Origin: Amoebidium appalachense
Taxonomy: Eukaryota; Protista; Ichthyosporea
NCBI GenBank assembly: GCA_963693365.1
Contig: CAVNZM010000006.1
Location: forward strand, 2,356,001 to 2,420,000
DNA: 64,000 bases
Reading direction: 5' to 3'
A model generated the notes under the pieces. That model made no database searches. It was not told the DNA's origin and worked only from the letters and a program-made list of their open reading frames with translations. This document shows positions 39,951 through 64,000 of this stretch, piece after piece. Position numbers and translations under genes: made by a program. Positions within the stretch are counted from its first letter, which is position 1; each line of letters opens with the position of its first letter.

Positions 39951-40252
39951 ATCAAACCTTGCCAATACTTACAAAAGGGCTTCTGCCCGAACAATCACAT
40001 TCCTAAGTCCTCCTACGATCTATCCTACACACTAATTAGAATTCTATTGGACGGCTGTCCCGGCTGACGTGGTCCAATGCCCTGCGCCGGCAGAGGCAAG
40101 ATGCACGCAGCTGCCAGACAGCTATCTTGAGGCCTCGGACTTGATCTTGATGATCTGTGGACCCGGGCCACCCCCCCCCCCCCCCCCCCCCCCCCGATCT
40201 CGATCGTAGACTTAGGCTAATCTGCTGAGACGGATTAGTATATGTCAGCTAT

Positions 40253-41660
40253 TTCGGAAAGTTTTTTTGAGGAGCCGCTGTGGCCGAGCGGGTAAGCTCC
40301 TCGCCTCTGACGCAGGCCTAGAGGCACCTGGTTCGAATCCCGGGATGTAGCGCTTTGGGGATCGGATGCCCTGATGGGACTCGCCTGGGTGCAGAACTAT
40401 GGCAATGGCCCTCTAAGCTAACTCCAACCGGGGTAGTCAAGGATCGGATGCCTTGGCTATTCCGGAAAGTTTTTTTTTTTGGCCGAGCGGGTAAGCTCCT
40501 CGCCTCCGACGCAGGAGGCACCTGGTTCGAATCCCGGGATGTAGCGCATTGGGATCGGATGCCCTGATGGGACTCGCCTGGGTGCAGAACTATGGCAATG
40601 GACAGTCTAACTTATAGTAGGGCCTGTTTGGCAACGCGGAGTTAGCGGCCATACTCCGGAGTAAGATCGATTTTGGAGTTAGGGCTAAAGCGGAATTTCT
40701 GAAATCCGCGGATGCCAAACAGGCGGCCCAATCTGGCCTGTGTACGCCGGGTTTCAAACCCCTTGGACATCGCTTGTACTCCAATTTCTATAATCCACCT
40801 CCGGAGGTGGATTATGCGCGAAATGTTCAACGCCGTGTGAAGGTCTAAACCAATGAAAATTCATGTCGTGAGACCTTTTTACATTTCTCTCTCGGCCAAT
40901 TGTCGGCAGTGCAATATAGCCAAAAAAAGTTAAAGTGGAAAAGGCGCCAAACGGAAAGTCCGTTGTCACCGGCATGGCCAGCTTGCTGGTGACTGTGAGC
41001 CTGCGACAGCCCGAGCGCAGGCTGCGACACAGCCACACACAGCCGGCCACCTGTGGTAGGTCGTATAAAAACAAGCCCCCCCTCAACTATTCTTCCTCTT
41101 CGCGGCCAACTTGTAGGCAACTTTTTTTTTACCATTAGACAATCTTTTGCACATCGGTCAAGATTGTCTGAACCGACAAGATGCCTGTAGGGGGAAGCAA
41201 AGAATGCAATGCAATTGAGGCCGAAAGGGCCATGTTTCGTGCTAAATACATAGTGGTTTTGCAACCGGAAACGTTGTTGTTATTATATATGCAAATGGTA
41301 TCATCACAGTGTATACAAATACATACATACGGGACACTGCACAGTCACTACAAGAAAAATAGTACTGAGTCCTAGGTACGATATACGTGCAAAGTATGCG
41401 CACTCCGATAACGTAAAACTTGTGCAATGTGACTTGGTACTAAGCTGAAAAAAGTGTTGTCAGTTTGGCACGAGCGGTTATCTACGCCAGGTTTTGACCT
41501 AAATCCGGATTACAATTCAGAATCTGGATACTGATTTGATACCCGGCGTATACGGTCTACGCCGGAGTTCGTAACTCCGCGTTGCCAAACAGGCCCTAAG
41601 CTAACTCCAACCGGGGTAGTCAAGGATAGGATGCCTTGGCTATTCCGGAAAGTTTTTTTT
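40253..41660 (+). mobile_element. Rest of the SINE/Pol III array: end of copy 2, copy 3 (40269-40480), copy 4 (40481-~40610 plus 41597-41660)
   Basis: Same unit as 19515-19907. Copy 4 is split by the TIR element. Confidence 0.85.
40620..41596. mobile_element. Non-autonomous DNA transposon, Tourist/PIF-Harbinger-like
   Basis: Perfect 25-bp terminal inverted repeats (TIRs) GGGCCTGTTTGGCAACGCGGAGTTA, flanked by TA on both sides (TAA on the right). No transposase ORF. Superfamily inferred from the TIR start. Confidence 0.8.
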
Positions 41661-41723
41661 AACATGCTTTCTCGAGTAGATAACATGCTTTCTCGAGTAG
41701 ATAACATGCTTTCTCGAGTAGAT
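41661..41723. repeat. 21-bp tandem repeat x3
   Basis: AACATGCTTTCTCGAGTAGAT three times. Confidence 0.95.
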
Positions 41724-41797
41724 GCATGTGTTTCCGAAATTTCATGAAAATTGGGATAATTTCTTCCAATGCACAGTACACTCTGAACAATCAACCT

Positions 41798-44470
41798 ATA
41801 CTTCGCTTGATTCATCAAGCTCTATTTAGAGATGTATTTAGGCCAACTGATTGGTTGGAAAAGGGTTCCAACAATCAGTGGCCACTAGGGAGCCGACTAT
41901 GGTATATAGGCGGCGACTCGTTCTACTCGTCTTCGCTTTGTTTCCCCGTCGACCCCTACTTAGCTGTAGAGGGCCGACAGACGGCAGGAGGCTCGGCTTA
42001 GCTCGGTAGGGTGGCGTGGCGCCCGGGTAGCAGTTGTGGAGCGTATTTAGCAGTGGTGGGTAAATCTAAATAGATAGCTATATGCGTACTACTAGGGGTG
42101 AGCTGCACCCACGGCCTGAGGGCGACTGGGCTGCGGCCCTTTCTAGTTAGGTTCTACGAGCGCGCGTAGTGTTGTAGATAAACTGTTTGCGAGCGCGCGT
42201 ACGGTAGTGAGGCTGCAGACAGGTGTAGTGTCTCAATTTCTTTGAAGGCAGGATGGGAGATGCAAGTGATGCATCCCAACTGCCATTGTATCAGAGAGTT
42301 CGTGCCTGTGTAGATGAGTGGGAGCGTGGGGGTGCGTCTAAAGAAGTTTTATTCTGGATTAAGTACGGCATCACACCAGAATGGAAGAGTGCGCGTCCTG
42401 CCCCTTTTGATGCAGGTGGCTATCTGGATATCGGCGAAGTTTCAGAGGCAGAAGCGGCAGTGGAAGTTGAACGGTTAGTGAGTAAGGGGGCCCTCGAGAC
42501 AGTGCCTGAAAGCGCAAAATGGTGTGTTTCGAAGTGACTGTCTTTTGGGCTGCGGAAGCCCAACGGAAACGTCCGGCTCATTATTGATATGCGTCCTGTG
42601 AATGAATACGCCGTCGCACGTGGTATCAAGTACGAAACCCTCAGCGATTTGCGGGCGCTCGCGCAGCCGGGTGACCACGCTTTCAGTTTCGACCTCGAAG
42701 ACGGATATTTTGCACTAGCCATTCAACCCCGGTTCCGCAAGTATTTCCAAATTTGTGTGGGGGGACAACTCTTCCAGTACACGGTGCTTCCCTTCGGTTA
42801 CTCCCTCAGTCCCTACTTTTTCATGCGCCTTATGCGCGAGTTCGCGCGTCGGTTACGTGCACGCGGCATCCGTTCGTTGGTTTTCCTCGATGACTGGGCC
42901 ATCTTCGAACAGGCGGCACGGGCACTCGACACACGCGGGGTGGTGGAGCAGGAATTGAAAGTCACCGGCCTTACGAAGCATCCGAATAAGGCTCATTGGG
43001 ACCCAGTAAGTGCCCTCGACCATTTAGGCATCCACATAAATTTGGAGGAAGGGTATTTGTCTCCCACATTGGCGGCGTCTTTGGAAAAATTATCGGGGGA
43101 AACACGTTCTTTAATGGCTAAGGCGCGCAAAGGACGGCGGTGGGTGGAAAAGAAGCAGGTGGCTAGATGGCTAGGGTTGGTTGTTAGTTTGCGTGCGGCG
43201 GTGCCTCATGTACTCACGGTTGTCCGGCCGGTGTATGGTGCTCTACGCGGCGGGAACTGGCGTAGCTTTGTGCGGTTAACGGGTCGGCAGCTACGCATTA
43301 TCGGTAAAACCATGGGTATAATAGGTCGGCTTCCCCGCACGGAAATCTGGCCTGAGCCTATCACGGCCACTCTCATCACAGATGCTGCCACCTCACACGG
43401 GTGGGGGGCAGTACTGCAGTTGGGCCTACCAACCCCGCAGGTTGTGGAGGCTTTCGGTCGTTGGGCGGAGAGCGATGCACCGCGGGGCGGCTGCAGTGGC
43501 GGAGTGTGAGGGCCTACTCGAAGCCTACCGCAGGCCCGAAATGCAGGCCCTAATCCAACGTCAGCGCGTACGCTGGCAGTCAGACGCCCAGGCCGCGTTG
43601 GGCGCGGTGCGCAAAAAGGGCAGCAGCAGCCCCGCCATGCAGCGAGTGCTATCATCAGCTGATGATGGCAACTGCTGCAGTTGTGTTTGGAAAAGGGGCT
43701 CCCCTGGCCCCAAGAGCTGTCATACATTCCGGGCGAAGTGAACGACCGTGCGGATTGGTTGTCGCGGATTGATCCCCGCCACGAGTGGTCGGTTACCCCT
43801 GCGGGGGTCGAGCGTATCGAGCAGACACTCGGATTGCACACGGCGGTGGATCGGTTTGCTACACCCGTGACAGCAGTCAAACCCACGTTTCACACATGGA
43901 CCGCGGTGGTCCCCGTGAGCGGTGGGCAGGATGGGCTTGCCGCCGCATGGCAGGCCCCCAGCTGGTGGGCGCCACCGTTTCCGTTGATCAAGCGGACAGT
44001 GGCGAAGATTCAGCGGAATGTCACGGTGCGCAGGGAATATTAGTGGTCCCGGTGTGGGACACCGCCTTATGGTGGCCGGTGGTGCAAGGGATGGCACAGG
44101 CCCACACGGACCTAGCCCCCGAAGAAGTGGTGTTTCCGGTCGGTGTCCGGTCTTGGCGAATGCGTGCCTTCCTATTGGACGGCAGCACCCGCCCCCCTTC
44201 ATGATTGGATGAAAATCACTCGCCGCGCCGCTCCTGCCATCCAGCTTTGTGTATTATTTCTGTAAAAAAAGAATGTGGTCGCAGATAGCAACAACATATC
44301 TAAATACTTCGCTTGATTCATCAAGCTCTATTTAGAGATGTATTTAGGCCAACTGATTGGTTGGAATAGGGTTCCAACAATCAGTGGCCACTAGGGAGCC
44401 GACTATGGTATATAGGCGGCGACTCGTTCTACTCGTCTTAGCTTTGTTTCCCCGTCGGCCCCTACTTAGC
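41798..44470 (+). mobile_element. Degenerate DIRS-superfamily element bounded by 167-bp direct repeats
   Basis: Repeats at 41798-41964 and 44304-44470 flank RT/RNase H/methyltransferase-like coding sequence. No gag or YR seen. Confidence 0.85.
42253..44204 (+). pseudogene. DIRS-type RT-RNase H-adenine methyltransferase-like ORF (disrupted)
   Basis: RLIIDMRPVN, FDLEDGYF, LPFGYSLSP, FLDD; TDAATSHGWG, QSD, YIPGEVNDRADWLSR; VDRFAT, WWAPPFPLI, ILVVPVW..ALWWP. Stop at 42535 and several frameshifts. Confidence 0.9.
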
Positions 44471-44535
44471 CCCACCCACCCGGCCGAGCTGTGTTGCATT
44501 TCCCCGTCTTTAGCTAGTCTCTTGCTGATTGGCTA

Positions 44536-44624
44536 CGGCACACACACACACACAGACACACACCCACACATGCACACATACATGTACACACACACATACA
44601 CACACACACACCCACACACACACG

Positions 44625-44691
<67 letters not shown>

Positions 44692-44872
44692 ACGCAAACA
44701 CACGCCCACGCATTGAGGGTAGTGGAGGGGGAGGATAGGGTAGAGGGGTTTTCTTCGTGCGGTGTGTTTATTTGGATTTTGTTCGTAGAGAGGCACTGGC
44801 AGTGCATGCCATGGTATGTGTACGTTTCTGACACACACATACAGACACACACCCACACATGCACACATACAT

Positions 44873-44919
<47 letters not shown>

Positions 44920-44920
44920 C

Positions 44921-44964
<44 letters not shown>

Positions 44965-45119
44965 GGCACACACACACACACGCACACATAAACTGACGCC
45001 CACGCATTGAGGGTAGTGGAGGGGGAGGATAGGGTAGTGGGGTTTTCTTCGTGCGGTGTGTTTACTTGGATTTTGTTCGTAGAGAGGCAGTGCATGCCAT
45101 GGTATGTGTACGTTTCTGA
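44536..45119. repeat. Tandem duplication (~290 bp x2) containing (CA)n
   Basis: ACGCCCACGCATTGAGGGTAGTGG...GTACGTTTCTGA occurs twice. Confidence 0.9.
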
Positions 45120-45195
45120 TGATCGTGCCCAGGGGCACTTGGCTCAGCCAAGCCAATAAGCAAATCGAAAGTAACAACATAGCTAAATCCCAATC

Positions 45196-45410
45196 GTGTC
45201 CTCCTATGACTATTTAGGTATTCCTTTCACCTCTAAGGGTATTTGGTTTGAGCGCCTTTTGACTTCGCGCATTTCTCGTGTGCGTGGTCGCTTACATATC
45301 TATCTGAAGGAATATTCGCAAATATCTCTAATATTCATCCTGCCAATTTGCTCACTCTTTATAAAGTTTTTCTTCGTCCATGTTTCGAATATGGCCTCCC
45401 AACGGTTACT
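45196..45410 (+). pseudogene. Non-LTR retrotransposon (LINE) RT C-terminal fragment
   Basis: YDYLGIPF and, after a frameshift, LYKVFLRPCFEYG; both are typical late LINE RT motifs. Confidence 0.75.
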
Positions 45411-45489
45411 CTTGTTGTGGCGCTGGGCAAGTGTCCGGGTGCATTTGAAGTAGACTATCAAGACGGACTGTTACACGGACATTTTGACG

Positions 45490-46228
45490 TGTCTATTTTC
45501 TTTTGACTGGACTTATTAGACGGAAAGATATGCAAGTATGCCGTGTCTATTTCCTTTTTATCTCAATTCTATGGGGAGCGACATGCTCTCAGATCGGGAC
45601 GATTTTGGGGTCTGAAAATGGAGGGTTTTAGACTTGAGGCACCATAGGCCCTTGCAAAAAAATCACGTTTTTATTTTTTTTTATTTTTTTTTTGACTGGA
45701 TTTATTCGACGGAAAGATATGCAAGTATGCACGGCATACTGAGAAGACAATATAAACTTCACGACTTATCCAGTAACAAGTGCATACTGAGATACCTGAA
45801 CACTGTTTGAAAATCATATAAATATTCAAATTGAATGTGACGACCAACAGAATTCAACAAAAAGAGAAGACAATAAAAACTTCACGAGTTATCTAGTAAC
45901 TTGAAGTGCATACTGAGATACCTGAACACTGTATGAAAATCATATAAATACTCAATGTGACGACCAACAGAACAAACAACCCGTTTTTTGCCCTGAATAT
46001 CATCCGGGATATATCAAGAAAATATCGAATGTTGCCCTGGATTTTTTTTTTCTTTTGACTGGATTTATTCGACGGAAAAATATGCAAGTATGCACGGCAT
46101 ACTGAGAAGACAAAGAAAAACTTCACGAGTTATCCAGTAACAAGTGCATACTGAGATACCAGGTCCTGAACACTGTGTGAAAATCATATAAATACTCAAT
46201 GTGACGACCAACAGAATTCAACAAAAAG
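45490..46228. repeat. Complex locally duplicated repeat
   Basis: TTTTGACTGGA(C/T)TTATT(A/C)GACGGAAA...GCAAGTATGC x3 and AAACTTCACGA...GCATACTGAGATACC...GACCAACAGAA x3. Confidence 0.85.
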
Positions 46229-46633
46229 TCTGAAGTGGTCACATTGCCAGCCAGTGTAGCAAACACCCGTAGGGAAAGAGGTAAAACGCAACATAAAAAC
46301 TCACACCTACTATCAACATGCTTGCGATTAAAAAGTTCAGCACAAAAGTGGCACCAGCGGCGATGAAAACAAAACAACGCCACTGCACAACTTCCCAGGC
46401 ATGAAAGGTGACCGTGTGTGCATAAACATGTTTGCTTGCCCGTGTGTGCTGTGTTTAGTCTGTACCTCATATGGCCACATATCTAGGGTAATGCCACATA
46501 TCTAGACTGTCCAGTGTTGACAAACTTGACATATCTTCTTTGCCAGTTCCGTAGCTTCTTTGTCAGCACAGCATGTAACAGATGATGACTCGGAAAAACA
46601 AATGGGTAGTGGGGACCCCGGGGAGAGGGGGAA

Positions 46634-46671
<38 letters not shown>

Positions 46672-47880
46672 CAGGTGTGGCCCACTCAATAAAATTTTAT
46701 AGAAAATTTCCAAGGTCAATAAAGTTGCCATACCAAATTATGGGGGTATAATGTATGCATTCGAAATGTATAGTTAATGAGTCATTAATACATCGTTTAC
46801 ATACCTTCTTACTGTTGGCAATATACACGTCATACAACTAAAATATTCCCAGGTTTATATATTATATGTTCGTAGTATATCTATAATACGATCTTCCTTA
46901 TTACGAATATATTATGATTAAACTAAATTTTCATTGAAGCTATACTTATAGTTCATTGCTACTACATCCGTCACATGTTGCCGACTATTTCGGACATATG
47001 GTCAACATATGTGCAATATAGTTGTCATATATTGAAGTTAAAATAGTATAATAAGCGGTAATCATGTATTACACGTGTATTGGTAATACATATATGGTCA
47101 TTGACAACACGTTGAAAGTCTATCGTATGGCTATTCGTGGTAGCGCTGCCATGTATTGGTCATTCATTAGATATAACTATCTAATATGTTTTCGTTACTT
47201 ATCAATCTACTAGGAGTGTATTTATATTACCGATGTATATATGTCAAACGTCACCAATAGCCATTGGCAATATATTTGTTATATCTATCAGTTAGTACAA
47301 GGATATATTGCCAATATGTTGGCAACATATGTTTCTTACATCTGTATCACTATAAAAGTACTTGCAGCGGCATTGTCAACACATTGGTTATGTATTGGTA
47401 ATATGTTAATAGTACAGATATTCGCACTAAAATACAATATACAGAGTATTACTAATAATGATGTGATATTATTGTAATATCTGCGTCAGTAGTATTATTA
47501 ATAATGATATGGGCAATGCATATGCAATGTTAATGCAATGTAACCGTAATGGTATTACCATATGTTTACCATATCAGCGGAATATTATTTGGATATTACT
47601 GTGATTTGGTGTAATAGTTGCGTGGTATTACTTCCATATGGAACATACAGCGTATTGGCATCGTATTACTATGCTGATCCTATTGCCCGTATTATGGTAA
47701 TATCGGAGTCGTATTGGCGGCAAGCCGGGGTTCTACTACCAATATGGGCAATAGCCTCAATAGCCTCCAATACATTAATAATAGTCCGGAGAAGTTTGCT
47801 GATGCATGTGTGTGAGTTGCTTGTATAGGTGTGTATCCATCCTGTGAGTATGTGTATGTATGTGTGTGTGCACGCGCGCC

Positions 47881-47914
<34 letters not shown>

Positions 47915-47933
47915 GCCAGGCCCGGGGGCGGCC

Positions 47934-47966
<33 letters not shown>

Positions 47967-48331
47967 AGGCGGGAGGCCTTTGTGTCTGTTTTAGGGGGGC
48001 GGAGGGGGAGACGGGGAGGGAGCGTGTGTACGTGCTGGTTGTCTCCCCCCCCCCCCCCCCCCCCCTTCCCCCTAACCCCCCTTTCCCCCTTTTTTTTCCC
48101 TTTTATGTTTTTCTTCTTTTTGGGGGGGAGGGGCCGGGGAAGAGGGGGAGGGGGGGGGAGGGGGGGGGGGGGGGGTCGAGGGGAAGCGGCTGGGCGTGTT
48201 GGAGAATAGGGAAGGATGCGCCGATGCACAGGGCAACCAGCACGTCCAGAATGTGTGTGTGTGTGCACGTGCATGCCTGCCTGTGTGTCTGCACGTGCAT
48301 GCCTGCCTGCGTGCCCACTGTGTGCACGCAC

Positions 48332-48863
48332 CTCCATGGGGGTGAACTCGTAGTTGAAGATCAGCCCGGCCACAAGCGCACCGCCCACCAGGAAGTAGAC
48401 GGGGAACGTGTCGGCAGCACGTGTGTACGTGGCCTGCAGATACATGACATGTGAGCACCCTAAATTGCACTCACTTCACTTCCATATTCATGCCCCTTTC
48501 ATTTCCCCCCCACCCCTCCCCCAAATAACACACCCCCATACCCCACAAGAAAGAAAACGATCATGCACGAGCCCTTATAGTTACCCTCCCCTCCGTTCCC
48601 CCCACCAGTACCGTACCCATATACACGAACACCACCTTTCCACTCTCTGTGTGTATGCATACCCGTGCCTGTAGCCCGTTAGTATGCACAGTAGGCTGGT
48701 CGGTCTGCAGGCCAAAACTCTCAACCCCCCCCCCCCCCCCTTTCCCCCCCCCCCATAGCCCCTTCTTTACTCGCTTGCCATGTGTTCAGCCCTATTCCCG
48801 AACATCTCTCCTTCCACCCTCTCCTCCCGCCTCCCCTGCTCCCCTCTGGCTCAACCTAACCCT

Positions 48864-48898
<35 letters not shown>

Positions 48899-49040
48899 CT
48901 CCCCTCCCCCCAAGGCTCACACCTTAAACTTGACGGCCATAAGGTACACGGTGCCCGCTGAGGCGGTGATGAAAAAGATCTTCATGACGGTGTTGTAGAG
49001 GGACACAAACGACGTGAACAGGTCGAGGTGGCGGGCAGAG
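48332..49040 (-). pseudogene. ERD2: ER lumen protein-retaining (KDEL/HDEL) receptor, two internal exons only
   Basis: Exon ~49040-48923 ARHLDLFTSFVSLYNTVMKIFFI...YLMAVKFK|GT. Exon 48433-48332 ATYTRAADTFPVYFLV...FNYEFTPME|GT. No N- or C-terminal exons found. Confidence 0.8.
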
Positions 49041-50048
49041 ACTGGATGAAGAGCGTCTATGGCAACGGCAAAAGGCAATCAGCTATGTCACATTCTAATT
49101 GGTTTGCAAACAGTTTACAAATTTTTATGAAAAATTGTATAGAAACTATAAAAATATAGTACTGCATTGATCACGGTTAAATTTAGGCCATCTAGTTCTC
49201 AGGTATTTCATGTTTTACCACCTGCCTTTGCCCAACGGCGACAGTCCGACAGGGGCCAAAGCCTTTGGTCTTTGACTACCTGATCGCGATGTTTGCTTAA
49301 ACTTTGCTGATTTTCCATATGTCCTCTGCTCGAATGTGTACTTGCCGAGTTTATTGTAGCTTACGTAGGTGCCTGTATATGGCCTTATATTCATCAGCTG
49401 CAGATCTAACCTATAGTTTCGTCAAAAAACACGGAAAGTGCTACATGTAGTACTGGATGTAGAAGCAAATACGAGACGTGCTGCATGTTATGGTGAGACA
49501 TGCCACAGTGAAAGAGGGATATAAGTGTGCTCTTAGTTACAAGATTCAATTTTTATTTGCACCCCTGTCCTGCACAGCAGGCAGCATTGTTCAGGATCTT
49601 TGATCAGTCGACTGAATATGCGTAATTTACTTCGTCTGAGAATCTGGTGGCAATTGCCGATGTGTCCTTCGCAGTCTTCAATTTATCATCTATTATATAT
49701 AATCCGGCCCCCCGTGTGCATAATTGTTTGCCCTTTAAGCAAACTGCCAAAGATTACTTCCTTGCCAAGGGTTATTTAGCTCACAAGCGTACGACTAACC
49801 TTGTCCATCCGTGTGCGGGCCCATAAAAGGTCAATCTCCATGCACATGCTGTTGACAAATTACATTAAGTGGTAGACAGAAATAAAGTGCATTTCGTGTG
49901 TTTGGTCTTTCGGTCCAAAAAATCTCACAAATGCCTAGTCATACATGCGAAAAAAGGCAATTTTGCCATTCACCTTCCATATTATAGCACTTTCACCGTG
50001 GTTGGTTTCTGAAGCGACAGTCGATTATGGTAGGTGTGGACGTGTGTT

Positions 50049-63901
<13,853 letters not shown>

Positions 63902-64000
63902 TGCAAACAACGAAAAAGGGAACGATAAGAAACACGGTCAGTAAATGCAGGCAAACAAGGGCACCACAACCTTCCTGCATCTACTTCCCTCCCCCCCTCC

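Larger units (their letters stand above)
19908..40247 (-). mobile_element. Chromodomain Ty3/Gypsy element A (outer copy, carries three nested insertions)
   Basis: TG...CA LTRs at 19908-20631 and 38598-40247; TSD GCTAT at 19903-19907 and 40248-40252. Polypurine tract (PPT) next to 20632. Subtracting the inserts and their TSDs leaves 8368 bp, against 8359 bp for element B. Confidence 0.97.

Noticed and set aside
46780-47800. AT-rich block with short inverted motifs as a gene or viral insert
   Set aside because: No credible ORF, termini or recognisable motif.

Overview
This is eukaryotic nuclear DNA: spliceosomal GT-AG introns, huge (CA)n and poly-G/C tracts. A unicellular opisthokont-like host is my inference, not something the sequence proves. 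The first ~47 kb is a transposon nest. It holds a solo LTR (64-998), a structurally complete Ngaro-type tyrosine-recombinase (YR) retrotransposon with split direct repeats (2768-8426), a PHO80/PCL-type cyclin gene and a foldback element. A 4-unit tandem array of a tRNA-headed Pol III/SINE unit has been split by a chromodomain Ty3/Gypsy element (19908-40247). That Gypsy itself contains a second full-length copy of its family, a non-autonomous relative and a solo LTR, each with a 5-bp target-site duplication (TSD). Further on are a Tourist/PIF-like element, a gag-less and YR-less RT-RNaseH-methyltransferase DIRS-type element, and a LINE scrap. The last ~16 kb holds an orphan two-exon KDEL-receptor fragment and the 3' half of an ABCA transporter gene on the minus strand. 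The most unusual signal is the Ngaro element's apparent gammaretrovirus-like expression plan: gag and RT separated by one in-frame UAG followed by a candidate H-type pseudoknot, and an ATG-less YR ORF behind a splice acceptor. Also unusual: the Gypsy family has an in-frame gag-UGA-pol junction with a long stem-loop and a non-TGG primer site shared with its non-autonomous relative; small palindromic insertions recur across unrelated repeats; and many host introns end in (CA)n-CAG. Most frameshifts sit in homopolymers and may be assembly errors. All alignments and folds were done by eye.
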